From Octopus vulgaris (lineage: Eukaryota), in contig OX597816.1 of NCBI GenBank assembly GCA_951406725.2, positions 153,264,001 to 153,328,000 on the forward strand: DNA of 64,000 bases. The letters are read 5' to 3'. The notes beneath the pieces were generated by a model. That model was not told the DNA's origin and did no database searches. It was given only the letters and a program-made list of their open reading frames with translations. Position numbers and translations under genes: made by a program. The number at the start of each line of letters is the position of its first letter. The first letter of the stretch is position 1. This document shows positions 1 to 14,049 of this stretch, in pieces.

Positions 1-93
1 AAAAGTGTCTGACGAACGGGAACATGAAACTTAGTGTCACTGTTTATATGATGTCTTTGCAGCTTTATTAACAAAGTATATATATATATATAC

Positions 94-146
<53 letters not shown>

Positions 147-262
147 TGTATGTGTGTGTGTAATTCTTTATCAAGAATAGTATTGATAGTGATTTCGAAG
201 TTTCAGCCTGTCCAATGATGGCTTATCTTGCCGAAACCTAAGAATCTCTCTATCTATCTGTC

Positions 263-338
263 TATGTATGTATGTATGTATGTATGTATGTATGTATGTA
301 TGTATGTATGTATGTATGTATGTATGTATGTATGTATG
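263..338. repeat. (TATG)n microsatellite, representative of dozens of (TA)n, (CA)n, (TATG)n, (GA)n, (GATA)n, (ATT)n and (CAT)n tracts
   Basis: Direct perfect tandem repeat. The MYVC/HTHT/IYIY ORFs in the track are translations of such tracts. Confidence 0.98.
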
Positions 339-859
339 TGTGTGTATGTATATATGTATGTATGCATCTATGTAGCTATCTATCGTGTGTATATTTATGC
401 TTGCATGTATACGAGCATGCACACACACAACCACACTACATGAACACACGTACATATATAATCCACTGCTCATCACAGAAACTTCAGTCTCTCTCTTTAA
501 TATACAGTTCTGGTTTCTTGCCAAGAGGATCACTAACTTTTTGGGATCCACCCATTTGCCAGCCCTCAAGCAAATGGCTCCGTTATTAGTACCTGTAGAG
601 AAAAGTTTTTAATTAAGTCGGCTTTGGCTTCAGTTTAGAATACACACAATCAACATGACTCCTGCTAAATCTTCTCTTACAAATTTGTTAGTCTCACTTA
701 GTGTAGGAGCAAAGGAGAGAACTCTACTTGGTCACGTTACATACGAAAACTAACAGCTAAATCTCCCTTATATCACACTCTGCTTTCTCTAAAAACGACA
801 CATTGAATAACGTAACTCAAGGCGAATTATGCCAAGAAAAAGCTGGGATCGTTATGAAT

Positions 860-1097
860 AAAGGTAAACTTCTCGAGTCATGCTGACTCATAAGGGCTGG
901 TTTCCCGATTTCCATGGCGTATATACTCCCCCACCTGGACAGGACGCCGGTCCGTCACAGTATTACTCATTTTTGTCAGCTGAGTGGACTGGAGCAACGT
1001 GAAATTGCTTTGCTCAACGCATCACCCGGCTGAAGAATCGAAACAACAATCTTACGATCATCCGTCCAACACCTTAACCACTAAGCCACGCGCCTCC
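860..1097 (-). mobile_element. tRNA-derived SINE (family C) with 13-bp target-site duplication
   Basis: Minus strand begins ggaggcgcgTGGCTTAGTGG (A box) ... GTTTCGATTC (B box). Flanked by identical gatcgttatgaat at 847-859 and 1098-1110. The body resembles 36970-37274. Confidence 0.85.
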
Positions 1098-1819
1098 GAT
1101 CGTTATGAATGGAATGTCTTTGATCATAAGTCTGCTCGATCATAGCTGAACTGGGAGTTAAGTAGCAATTACATGCCAAATATGAAAGTTTCTTTGGTGG
1201 CTTCAAAGGAATAAGGTCACAACTTTGTCAGTGTCTCATCTGTTATAATTTGCATTCCTTAGGTAGCCGCAACTATTGCGAAACTCTTCAATACCAATGA
1301 TCTAGCCAGAGTTTCGGGAAAGTGTCACAGTGTAATTTATCATAATTCTCGGAAATCTCTCGGATTCAGCTAACTACTATCAATTCGCACTTACTTTTTA
1401 CATCATAAAGACCTTGGAAACTATTGTTAACACTCACCCTCTTGAATATCTTTGAGTCTCTTCATCCTCATTGTAGGGCGTTTGCAGTGCCACTTCACCT
1501 AGTGACAGGTTCGTCTAAGTCAATCCTTCACCATTGGAATCTGGTAAAATTAATGACGTTGTGCTTGGCATCAGCAATGCGTATCTGCCCGAAAATCTTC
1601 TGCCTAAGCTGTCCTGCAATCAACTTTCACCTGCTTTTTATCAGGTCATCCTGTGGGGAATTTTTCTGATTACCACTCTATTACCTTTTATACATGACAG
1701 CATCCATAAGCATTCTAGACATCTTAAGTCAAGCATGCACTGCTTCTTTTAACTGTAATCTTGACAATATTATGTTAAACGTGTGTGTGTGTGTGTGTGT
1801 CTGCGTGTGCGTAACAAAC

Positions 1820-2032
1820 AGGAAGTGGAAATTTTTTTGGTATTATTTATTCATCTTTTCAAAGTTCTACATGTTGGATCAACAAGTAAGAAATTTCCTA
1901 TTAGAAATTCTTCAGACATAAATTTCTAATAGGAAATGTTCATCCAGCATGTACAACTTTGTGATTCCTATCAGCAAATAAAACATGTGTAATGGTGAAT
2001 AAATAATGCCCCCAAATTTTCCAACTTTTTGC
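1820..2032. repeat. Palindromic (fold-back) element, copy 1, flanked by (TG)n/(CA)n
   Basis: Perfect 17-bp arms atttcctattagaaatt (1893-1909) / aatttctaataggaaat (1921-1937), with imperfect arms out to 1839/2010. A related copy lies inverted at 50761-51015. Confidence 0.8.
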
Positions 2033-2106
2033 TACACACACACACGAACACACACACACAAACACATGCGTGCGCATGCACACATACATACACACGCATA
2101 TACACA

Positions 2107-2148
<42 letters not shown>

Positions 2149-2335
2149 GGTTGCTCCCTCATCTAAAGCGGTGCTGATTCTAAACATTATGGACCACATC
2201 AAAAACAAAGCCAATGAGAAAATACCAACGTTTGGTCTTAATTGGCACTGTCTCACATTCCATTCTGCTAGTTCTAATTTTAAAGAAGTTCTTTTATAGT
2301 TACTTCCGCGTGTTTTAATATATAATGTACTTCAA

Positions 2336-2545
2336 GGCAGCGAGCTGGCAGAATCGTTAGCACACTAAGCCAAATCTTAGCGGTATTTTGTCTGTCCTTA
2401 CGTTCTGAGTTCAAATTCTGCCGAAGTCGACTTTGCCTTTTATCCCTTTCAGGGTTGATAAAATAAGCACCAGTTGCACATTGGGGTATTTGTAATGGCT
2501 TAACCCTCTCCTAGAATTTCTGACCTTGTACAAAAACTGGAATCC
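2336..2545 (+). mobile_element. tRNA-derived SINE (family A, Nin/Deu-like central domain)
   Basis: gcgagcTGGCAGAATCGttag head, GAGTTCAAATTC B box, then ctttgccttttatccctttcagggttgataaaataagcacc. Related copies at 23017, 24606 and 63240. Confidence 0.8.
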
Positions 2546-3247
2546 AATATATATATATATTGTGCTTCTTGCAATGAATGTATGAGACATGTGCGTATGT
2601 TTGCTTTTAGCTTTGTTTAAATAAACTTTGTCATCTTGGATGAAATACGTTCCATCCTTAATCATCTTTTAGTGTATATAGGAAACTACACTACCCGATA
2701 TGATCTTTTTTATAAGACAATAGGGTGTGATTTTTGGTTGCTAATTTTAGCGCCTGTCATCAGCTCATGAGCATGTGTATGTGTATCTGAATGTGCATGT
2801 ATGTAGTGTTCTAATCCTGAGATATACTGGGCTCAGACGCGCACAATGCATACCAATATAATTTGGCCTAACATTGGCAAATAGGGCATGGGCAAGTAAA
2901 TTCTCATCTCCATTGGTTGTCTAATGTATGTTCCAGATATTACTCTACAAAGTAGTGTTTCGTAGTATCGATTGCTTAAGTGTGTAACTTTTGTTGCTAA
3001 TGCACCTGGTGTTACTATCTACACACGCGCGCGCACACACATACATAATACATACATACAAATCGTAATGCCCAGAAAGGTAAATGGTCTTGGACACCAA
3101 CCGCCTATTACGACTTGTGCCATATGACAAAAAACTTGTAAGACAAAATCTGGATTTAAAAGACATATGCTAGTTCACAAAACATTCTTTCGGAATCAGA
3201 TTCAAAATGGCAAAGATATGGAAGAAACTTGAATATCTGTCACTTGT

Positions 3248-3301
3248 GTTTAAACCCTGTCAGGGTTTAAACTGACTGACAGGGTTTAAACCCTGTCAGT
3301 C
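3248..3301. repeat. Two adjacent palindromes built from the same motif
   Basis: gtttaaaccctg-t-cagggtttaaac (3248-3272) and a perfect 28-bp gactgacagggtttaaaccctgtcagtc (3274-3301). Confidence 0.9.
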
Positions 3302-6300
3302 TTAAAAGTAATCTAAGGGCTCATCAATGAAGTGATTGTGTTGTGTGCTGGGGTGTGGTGTGTGTGTTGATGGGACGGCTATCATCTATGAAGATGAAGC
3401 AATCATCATATGTATGCCGATATATATACGTATGCATACACACATCCACGCGTGTGCTAGTGTATGTATATATGTATATGTGTGCGCAAGTGAATATGTC
3501 TGTACTTGGGTGTGGATGGGCCTATCTGCGTAAGTGTGGATGATGTTTGTATTTCGTATTTATCAACGACTTGTAAGAATATTCCTTCCTCGAATCCATA
3601 AGTCCCGATGAAATTGTAAAGGTGCCATCGTGACATGCGGTGTGTCATCGGAATCTAAACCAAGCAGAGCCCATCTCCAACAGTAGCGAATTACAGAAAG
3701 AAAGAGACGAGAAGAATCAGTTTCATTATTGTAATAATACTCCAGTAATTGGTTAACATGCAGTTTACTGTCGTATAACACTGAAAGTAAATTGTCCTAA
3801 AAACCGGAAGTACCGACAATAATATACTAACAATTGATAAAAAGAACTTCGTCCCCAATTGCACACGCGAAATACTTTGGCCCATAAGGCATCAGATATT
3901 GTTAGGACCACGTTTGATATCCAATGGGGGCTTTACATGTGTCTCTCCACAACATCTATACTCACGAATTTGACAACAATTTCCTCTATTATTTTTATCA
4001 AAACGATGACAATGTCCATACTCAATCTACAGAAAGATGATGGATTCTTGCCCAGAAGAAAGTTAGGCGATTATGTGGGACTAGTGAAAATAAATTGTCC
4101 GTCATCACTTCTCGCCTTTACTTTCACTTTTTTACGACGTTAAATTGCATGTTAACCCAGTAATTGACCCCGAAGTGATGAAAGGCAAATCTGACTTTGG
4201 TGTGATTTGAGCTCAGAACACAGAGATAGAATTCAACAGTTCTCTATGACTCACTAATGACTTTGTAAGTTACGGTAATCGAATACTACAGTAATCGAGA
4301 GTTTATGAAGTATTGTTGGGAACGTGTGAGGCAGCTGCTTATATAAACAATATCTTCGTGGAGTCCCTTGCGTATTTCTAGCTTTTGTTTTCATATTATT
4401 AGGATGTTCTATCTTGTAAAGATTTCTTTAATCTTAATTGTATTCACATGGGGAAAACAAGTTCTTCACAGGCAGACGTTAGCTTTAGTGTATTTCTTGT
4501 GTATAAATGTGTATGTTCTGTGTGTGAGAGAGTCTATGGGGGATATTTCAAGTCCTTAATGTTGTGTTTCTATGGCTTGTGTTCGTACTTACGTGAGAAT
4601 GTCTTGCAATTCTGTATGCGAATATAAAGAGCGGAATGTGTAAATTTTTGTGTTTGTAAACATTTCATGCACTTCGATTAATGTGTATTGCTTCAGATTG
4701 GGTGTGTATACATATGTGCGCATACACTTCCGTATTAGTGTGATTGTATGCATGTGAAATTGTATATTTGTATGCATGAGTGTAATTGTTATATATTAAG
4801 TTTTAAGTTTGTGTTTGCGTATGTTTCGATGTCTATTTATATTTATACGCGTGATAATGCGTTTCATGATGTTGAGTGTATATGTGTGCATGTGTGTTGT
4901 ATATGCCTAAATGCGTTCTGTATCTATGTTTCTGTCACTTTATGTTTCTGTGTGTTTCGATATTTCTCAGCGTGATTAAATATCTAAGTATGTGTATGAA
5001 TGTGTATGTGTGTGTGCCTGTGTGTGTCTGTATGTGTATGTATGGGTGTGTGTTTATATACGTGTGTAAAAGTGTGAATGGCTGGGAACCTCTACGTGCC
5101 TAACCGCATGTGGCCATATATTCATTTATAATATGTTCAATACGGGTATGTAAGAATATTTTAGTGTGGTTACATGTAAGTGTACGTGCAAGATATTTTG
5201 CGAATGGATAAGTCATTTTGTACATATACATACATGAATTTCTATGTGTATTTTATGCAAACACGAATGTTTGTAAAGGCGTGCTTCTGCGTAACAAACA
5301 GATTCTGTGTATGTCCACGCCTGAGAATGAATGTTCGCATGCCTGTTTCTGTATTCTTCTGTCTCTTTCACTCTTTCTTTGAGTGTGTGTATATGTGTGT
5401 ACGTGTGTATGTGTGAGTGTGAGTGTGTGTGTTTGTGTCCGTGCATGTGCGTAAGCGTGCGCGCGTATCTTGTTCTTCAGTGAGAAAACTCCATTAGCAT
5501 GTTTTATGCTTTTGTAATCAGCTCAGGGATTGTTTTAAAGAAACACGAAAACATGATATTCAAAGCAGCTAGCTTTGCCGTTGTTTCATTTATAGGTGGA
5601 AACCAAATTATGATAAATTAGTTCTTAGATATCTTTAACGGCGTTCTTTTCTTTTCAATGTAATTCACACTGCTAGTTTTTTTTTAGTTTTTTCTCCGTT
5701 GTGTGATGCGCTCGCCATGCCTATCTGTAACTTATTAGGCATAGAGATAGATAGAAAAGAGATAAAGAGAAAGGGCGAGACCTAAGAATGATTACTGGAA
5801 CAAGTTTTTAGTTTTTTTTTATTACAAATTTGTTTACTTTTATTGTTTATATCTTATCTAACGTCTGTTTGGAATCACTCATTCAAATTTTTTATGTGTA
5901 ATTATTTCTTTAATGTTTGTCCCTTCTCTTAAATGAAGTTCTATGGTGTGTCGTCTGCTCTTTTCGATTTTTTTCTTACATTTAGATTTTTATTATTTAT
6001 ATATGTGTTTATTGTGATGTAATGGCGCCGGAGATATTAAAGCAAAATTAAATCTCATCAGCAAAACCTAGCAGACTGGACACGGAATTTATTCATATGT
6101 GCAAAGTGGTGCTCAAGCGGTAAGTTGTCAATCGCTAAAAACTCTTGATACACACACACACACACACACATGCATAGATATATAGATACATACATACATA
6201 CATACAACATATGCACACACATGCAAAGACACATACACGCATACATACACATACATACACACGCATAGGTGTATGCGTGTGTGTGTATGTGTATGCTTGT

Positions 6301-7103
6301 GCGTATGCATGAATGTGTATATATACATGTACGATGTATGTATGCATATATGTATGTATGTATGTATGTAAGTATGTATATATACACGTTTGTATATCTG
6401 TATCTATGATGTGTGCGCGTGTGTATGTGTGTGTATGCTTGTGTGTATGCATATATCTCTATGTATACATGTATGTATGTGCATATGTGTGTGTGTGTGT
6501 TTGATGTATGCCTATTGCTTTCTTTCTTTTTCTCTATTTTTCATGAAAAATCTTTCATTCATTTAGCCATCTCACTCTCTGTAGCTTTTTTTCACCCGAA
6601 TACCACACACGCAAAGACGATGGCACGCATACATGCAGATTATCAAGTATACGAACACTTACACCCACAAAGATATCCAAACAGAGAGACACACTCAAAC
6701 ACAAAACATAATAAACATATACATACCACAAACATACTTACACACATACACAACATACAGATATACAGATGAACCAGCTCACAAACATACCCAGCAACAC
6801 GTGAATACAGATTCACACATATAAATGCATATGCATACACAGCACACAGTACACACACACAACCACACACACACACACACAACTACACACACACACACAC
6901 ATACACATACGCGCGCGCTCACTAGATATAGTAAACATATACAGGAAACGCGCACGCACGCGCACGCACTCGTACGCACTATAAATTTGTATATACATTT
7001 TCTTGCACATATACACGCATATATATATATATATATATATACAACCACATACAAACACATACACACACTCACATACACACGCACGCACGCACGCACACAC
7101 ATT

Positions 7104-7144
<41 letters not shown>

Positions 7145-8055
7145 TGACATTCACATGCAGACACACAACCAGACAATATCTGCAGACTCACTGCTACTGA
7201 CGGATTGCTTTACTCGGAGACAGTTTGAAAGAAACCGAAAACAAAACAGAAAACCAAAACATCATCACCGCCATCATCATCATCACCACCACCAACAACA
7301 ACAACAGAAGCAACAATGCTAATAGTAAAAACAATAACTATAACAATAATAAATATATAAATAATTGATTGAAAGTAAAAAATGATAATAGCAATAGTAA
7401 GAACAATAATAACAATAATATTGTAAATAGTAATCCAATAAAAAAAAAAAAAGACAGCAGACGAAAGTTAAAAATACCCAACAGAATACTGGTTTCGATA
7501 AAATGATGTTAATGATGATTCTTCATTAGTAACGAACTAACCCGAACTGGCGAACTGGTCGTTCAATGAATACACATACGCGCACGCGCACACATACATA
7601 TACACACCGACACACACTAGCGCACAGACACACTCACGCACGCTCACGCAAACACACGGAGACAGACACACGCACACACGCACACACGCACAAACACAGA
7701 CACACATACACACATACACACACACATATTTATGCATAAAATAAGCTCATGCTACACTCTAATCTTTCTGTCTGTGTCACACTATCATAGACACACATCA
7801 TCGCAGCTAGATGCACTGATACACGTGAGTAAAGACGTTTCACTTTCTTCTCTCTTTTTCTTCCTCTATGTCCTCTCTCTTTCTTTTTCTTCCTTTCTCT
7901 CTCTCTCTCTCTCTCTATCTCTATCTCTATCTCTCTCTCTCTTTCTTTCGCTCCCTCTTTCTTCTCTTTCAGAAATGATGATATAACTTTCGTGGTCCTT
8001 ATACATACACATATATGTACGTACAGACACTAACTTATCCATCAGTACAAAGAAC

Positions 8056-8110
<55 letters not shown>

Positions 8111-8303
8111 TACATACATACATATGTATGCATGTATGTATGTATGTACGTATGTATGAATGTATGTATGCATATATGCATTTATGTACGTATGTCATAT
8201 TAGACACATATGTGATCGTACACACAAACATGCATGCTTTGATGCACATAAACGCATGATTATTGAGACTTGTGTATTTATAATGCGCTTGCTCTCTTGA
8301 TGC

Positions 8304-8368
<65 letters not shown>

Positions 8369-10337
8369 TGTGTGTGTATGTGTTAGCTTGTACATGTGTG
8401 AGTACGTGTGTATGTATATGTGCCTTTGTGCCTGTGTGTATGTATACCTATGAAAAGATTTGTATACTTTCAATAAGCTAAGTAAAACCCATACTTATTT
8501 GCACTTATCTTCTTATGCAAACATTTCTTTTTTTTCCTAAATACGCATTGATGCTTGCTTATACATAAAAATGCATTCACACATACACGCACTCATACAT
8601 GCACGTGCCCGAGCGTGAATACACACATAAACAAACAAAACAACAATATTTAAATATGCGTGAGAGTGTATATAGTGGATATTCTGATTTATGTAGCTGT
8701 ATATTTTCAACGTTATTGTTACCATTAATTCATAATTACATAGCAATAGAGAAATAGCAAGAACTATGTTTGATATTGTTATTGTCATAATGATGATGAG
8801 ATAATAGGAGAGAAGGGGAACGAAGAATAAAATGAGACGATGATGATGCTACTGTTGCTGATGATGATATTGATGACATTGATGATGATGATGATGATGA
8901 GGGTGGAGGAGGAGGAGTAACAGCAGAAGCAGGAGCAGGAGGAGCAGGACGATGGTTTATTGATTTATCACAGCATATAGTGTAATGCTATGTTTCTGCC
9001 AAATGAAGAAATTATTTTGCTGTTATTCTTATTCTTGTATTTAGTTATTGCTACTGCTTTTGTTGTCTACGTTCTTCTCCGCCTTAGACTTGCTTTTTGA
9101 TGCTGTGTTCTTCTTCACCGTCTTAGTATTATTATCTTTTATAATTGGAATATGAGACATCATAGATTGCCGAGCTCACACAGTTCAGGTTAAATACCAG
9201 CCCCTAACTGGGTAGCTAAATCACCTGCAACTCTTCCCTCTAAATTGATTACCTTTTAACATAAATTTCTCGGAGCTGAAATCTCAACCGTATCTACTAT
9301 GACTTTTATTCCAATTATTCATGTTGATGTTGTTTAGTTCTAGATCAACTCTGATGGAGCATAACTAAGATCAAAGGGGCTTTCAATAGAAATCATCGCG
9401 TCTTTTTCTATAATGAACTACACTGTCAAATGTATTTTCCTATAGTTAGGCCGGCATCGTGTTTTGAAGGAGATTTAGATGAATACTTACTCTGCTCAAT
9501 TAGACTTCTTAAATCTTCCATGTCCTGTCCCTCAAAATGTGTGGCATTGTATCAAAGTTAGAAAGCATATTTGTTATCACGATGTGTCCTCTATCAGTTT
9601 CAGCGATGAGCATTCAGCTGTCGATAAGAGTAACTCTCTGTCTGAATTTGAGAGGTGGAATATGTGACAAGGCTACATTTCTAAATTACTGCTACACTCC
9701 ATTTCACGGGCTTCGACGCAGTTTCGGCCTACATAACTTCACTCACAAGGCAAAGGTAGAGACACTCAGTATACTATACAGTGGAATCGAACCATTATGA
9801 TTGCGAAGTGAACCTAACTATTAAACTATGCATGTGTTCACATTTATTTATTGTTATTTGGACTGGCATGAGCAGTAGAGTGTCGGGCCGGATGTCCTAA
9901 GTATTTAGCAATGCCTAACGATCTGTCTCGAAATACTTAGCAGTATTGGACTGATAAGAGAATCGTTAAAGTTTCAGACAAAAAAACTTGCGGTATTTAG
10001 CAATGACTCATCACGCCCTGAGATCGAATCTTTCAGAAGTCAACTTTACTTAATAAGATAAAGTACCAATCAAGTATTGGATAATTCAATATTATCATTA
10101 GGCATCCTTGGTTTGAATATAGTTTTCATGGAACGGAGTTGACAGTGGCTAACGCCGTTCAGGGATCGATAAAATGAGTAGCAGTAGTAGTGGGTTTGCG
10201 TTAATTGACTATACTAATTCCCTAACAGCTACAGACTTGTGTCTGGCAAAAACGGTTCGAACGAATAGACATATAGATTGGTCGATGATTCGGGCCTTCA
10301 GTGGCCAGGATCATTTAGAATTTTCATGTTGAGTAGC

Positions 10338-10381
<44 letters not shown>

Positions 10382-10382
10382 G

Positions 10383-10413
<31 letters not shown>

Positions 10414-10596
10414 ATTATTTTTATTTTTTTTATTTTTTTATTTTTATTTTTATTATTATGTGACAGTGGGGTAAAATATACGACTACACGTCTGATAAGA
10501 GTACACCGGGCACACGCATCACAATTATATGTGCGTGCCATGGGGATCTCATCAATGCACTTATTATTATTATTGTTGTTATTATTATTATTATTC

Positions 10597-11059
10597 TATG
10601 TTTGAGTTTTGCTTTATATTTGTACAAGTTGGCTCCAAGTCTCACCCAGACACCTCAAGAGACAACAGGTTGGAAGTTCATGTCGTTGTTATGCCTAGTG
10701 TGCCATATATTTGGGGGTGGGTGGAGTTTTTGGTGTTGTACTAATGAATGTCTACAAAAAAACCCGAAAATTATGTATGTTTTAAACCTTGAAATTACAT
10801 AGAAAGTATTTTGCGTAGGATATGAGCAGTTCCCATGAGCACTATCTTTTGAATTTCTGCCATTTTGGGGTTTCCTGGTATCTGATTTAGGTAGCTATCA
10901 GCCCCTTTTGCTATCATTCCCAGGGCACCTATGACAACAGGTATTGTTTTAGTCTTCAGCTTCCACATTTTGCTGATTTCTATTTCAAGATCTTTATATT
11001 TGCTCAGTTTTTGGTAGGTCTTGACAGATACGTTTATATCGATTGGGACAGTCATATCA

Positions 11060-11062
<3 letters not shown>
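10597..11062 (-). mobile_element. 3' fragment of R4/Dong-like non-LTR retrotransposon (restriction-like endonuclease C-terminus plus 3' UTR)
   Basis: ORF 10795-11055 reads KLSKYKDLEIEISKMW...IPVVIGALG...IQKIVLMGTAHILRK. Bounded by (ATT)n tracts. Confidence 0.85.
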
Positions 11063-11125
<63 letters not shown>

Positions 11126-11126
<1 letters not shown>

Positions 11127-11680
11127 GAGTGAGCGAGCAGAGCATGCCATCAAAGTGACACTGGGGTAAAATATACGAAGCCCAGTATACCCATCATGAC
11201 TACCCGTCTGATAAGGGTACACTAGGCACATGCATCACAACCATATGTGCGCGACATGGTGATCTCATATCAAGATAAACAGCACATGACCTTGCAGGTA
11301 GAGCCCAGTTAGAATTTTCTTCAGATCGAGTAACCCATCCCGCTCAAAAGGTCCCTGAATAAGGGTTGTTTAAGGACGTTGAACGAAACACCCATGTTTC
11401 CAGAGGTGAATTATTCAAACCCCAAAGAATCCTTCTCAACACATGGCTATGATGCTCCCCCACTACTTCTGCTCGTGATCAGAGATGCACATATCGTCAG
11501 CCACTAAGGGACATGCTCAACTGGTTATGGTTAAACAACTGACAAGCAAATCTGTGGTATTGAGCAGAATATTTGCTGTAGCCCATCTTTTATACCAAGA
11601 CAAAACAATGTACATGATAACACTTCCAATCAGTTAAGATCAGAAGCCATGAGAGCCACTGCCTGGTACTGCATCAGGGC

Positions 11681-11717
<37 letters not shown>

Positions 11718-11821
11718 ATTATTTATTATTATTATTATTATTATTAGTAGTAGTAGTAGTAGTATTAATTATTATTATTATTATTATTATATCATTATTA
11801 TTATTAATATTATTATTATTA

Positions 11822-11888
<67 letters not shown>

Positions 11889-12447
11889 AATTATTGAGTG
11901 AGAGAGCAGTGCATACCATCAAAGTGACACTGGGGTAAAATATACGAAGCCCAGGATACCCTTTATGACCACCTGTCTGATATGGGTACACTAGGCACAT
12001 GCATCACAACCATGTGTGCGCGACATGGTGATCTCATATCAAGATAAACAGTGCATGACCTTGCAGGCGGGGCCCAGTTAGAATTTTCTTCTGGTCGAGT
12101 AACCCATCCCGCTTAAAAGGTCCCTGAATAAGGGTTGTTTAAGGATGTTGAACGAAAAACCCATGTTTCCAGAGGTGAATTATTCAAACCCCAAAGAATC
12201 CTTCTCAACACATGGCTATGATGCTCCCCACTATTTCTGCTCATGATCAGAGATGCACATATCGTCAGCCACTAAGGGACATGCTCAACTGGTTATGGTC
12301 AAACATATGACAAGCAAATCTGTGTTATTGAGCAGAATATTTGCTGTAGCCCATATTTTATACCAAGACAAAACAATGTACATGATAACACTTCCAATCA
12401 GTTAAGATCAGAAGCCACAAGAGCCCTGCCAGGTACTGCATCAGGGC

Positions 12448-12514
<67 letters not shown>

Positions 12515-13050
12515 GAGTACGAGAGCAGTGCATGGCACTGAGGTAAAATATACGTGCATGACATTGAGTTAAAATGTACGAAGCCCAATATAATTATCAT
12601 GTCTATTCGTCTGATAAGGGTACACTAGGCACATGCATCACAACCATATGTGTGCGACGTGTTGATTTCATATCAAGATAAACAGCACATGAACTTGCAG
12701 GTGGGGCCCAGTTAGAATTTTCTTCAGATCGAGTAACCCATTCCACCCAAAAGGTCCCTGAATAAGAGGTTGTTGAGCGAAACACCTGTGTTTCCATAGG
12801 TGAATTATCCAAACTCCCCCAAATTCCTCTCAATATATGGCTATGATGCTCCCCACGACTTCTGCTCATAATCAGAGATGGACATATCATCAGCCACTAA
12901 GGGACATGCTCAACTGGTTATGGTCAAACAAGTGACAAGCAAATCTGTGGTACTGGGCAGAATATTTGCTGTCGTTCATCTTTTATACCAAGACAAAACA
13001 TGTATATGTTAACACTTCCAATCAGTTAAGATGAGAAGTCATGATATCCA
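11126..13050 (-). repeat. Three head-to-tail copies of a ~550-bp non-coding element separated by (ATT)n; partial copy at ~10460-10560
   Basis: Units at about 11126-11683, 11895-12450 and 12514-13050 share gagtgagagagcagtgcat...gtctgataagggtacactaggcacatgcatcacaacc...cagttaagat(c/g)agaag. Confidence 0.9.
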
Positions 13051-13082
13051 CTACCGTTCTAATTATTATTATTATTATCATT

Positions 13083-13950
13083 CAGTTGTTTTATTTTTAT
13101 AGCGTGCTTTCACTTCACTACCGAGCGCAGCTCTGTGTGCCTTGGGTATGTGCTGTGATTTGTTGTGGTGCTCTGATGGTTACTGTATTGAAAGTGTTTT
13201 GCGTAGGATGTGGGCAGTGCCCAGTAGTGCAATTTTCTGTATGTTATATGTATTTGTAAGTCCTGGTGTTTTTGTTATGTATTTGTCTGAATATGTTTTA
13301 TCATGCCTAATGCACCTACTATGATAGGAATTGTTTCTGTTTTTAGATTCCACATTCTGGTTACCTCTATTTCCAGGTCTTTGTATTTTGAAAGTTTCTC
13401 CATTTCTCTTAGAGACACGTTGTCATCTGCTGGTATTGATACATCAATTAGAAAGCATTTGTTTTCTTCATGATCTCTGACAACTATATCTGGTCTGTTG
13501 GACTTAATTTCTCTATCTGTGTGTATTGGCATATCCCAGAGTATGGTTGCTTTCTCGTTTTCTGTGACCTTTTCTGGTGTGTGCCTATACCATCTTTTTT
13601 CTGTTGTTATTCCATAATGTTGGCATGTCTGTGAATATATTCCTTCTTAGCCAGGACTGGGCAGCTAGAGATAATATGATTTATTGTTTCTTGTCCATCT
13701 CCATATATTCTGCAGTTACTTGTTATGTTTCTTTTCATTATATGTTTTTGGTAATTTCTGGTGGGGAGGCTTTGGTCTTATGCTGCAATTAAAAATCCCT
13801 CCGTCACTGCTTTGAGTCCTGAGTTTCTCAACCATTGCTGGGATTTTTCTCTGTCTATTTCTTTTGCATTTAGTTTAATCCAGTATTTGCCATGAAGGGG
13901 TTTTCTTGCCATCGTTTTATCATGGTCCATTGCTGTTCTAGTTTTATTTT
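13083..13950 (-). mobile_element. 3' fragment of R4/Dong-like LINE
   Basis: ORF 13275-13532 contains RPDIVV...LIDVSIP...EKLSKYKDL (PD-D/ExK RLE endonuclease). Upstream peptide KPLHGKYW...SQQWLR. (ATT)n on both sides. Confidence 0.88.
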
Positions 13951-13954
13951 GGAT

Positions 13955-14049
<95 letters not shown>

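Noticed and set aside
1-46. CUGACGA...GAAAC...GUC hammerhead-like core at the window edge
   Set aside because: Stems I and II barely pair and the context is truncated. Possibly a decayed pLTR, but not supportable.
203-250. caatgat ggc...gcc gaaac motif
   Set aside because: Core and cleavage-site region too degenerate to call an HHR.
7240-7322. Poly-His/poly-Gln ORF end resembling a transcription factor tract
   Set aside because: Simple (CAT)/(CAA) repeats grading into (AAT)-rich sequence; upstream is microsatellite.
12424-12436. 12-nt match to the U1 snRNA 5' region (tacctggcaggg, minus strand)
   Set aside because: Present in only one of the paralogous units and does not extend; chance match.
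11126-13050. Repeat-spacer periodicity (CRISPR-like)
   Set aside because: Units are ~550 bp, the spacers are microsatellites, the context is eukaryotic and there are no cas genes.
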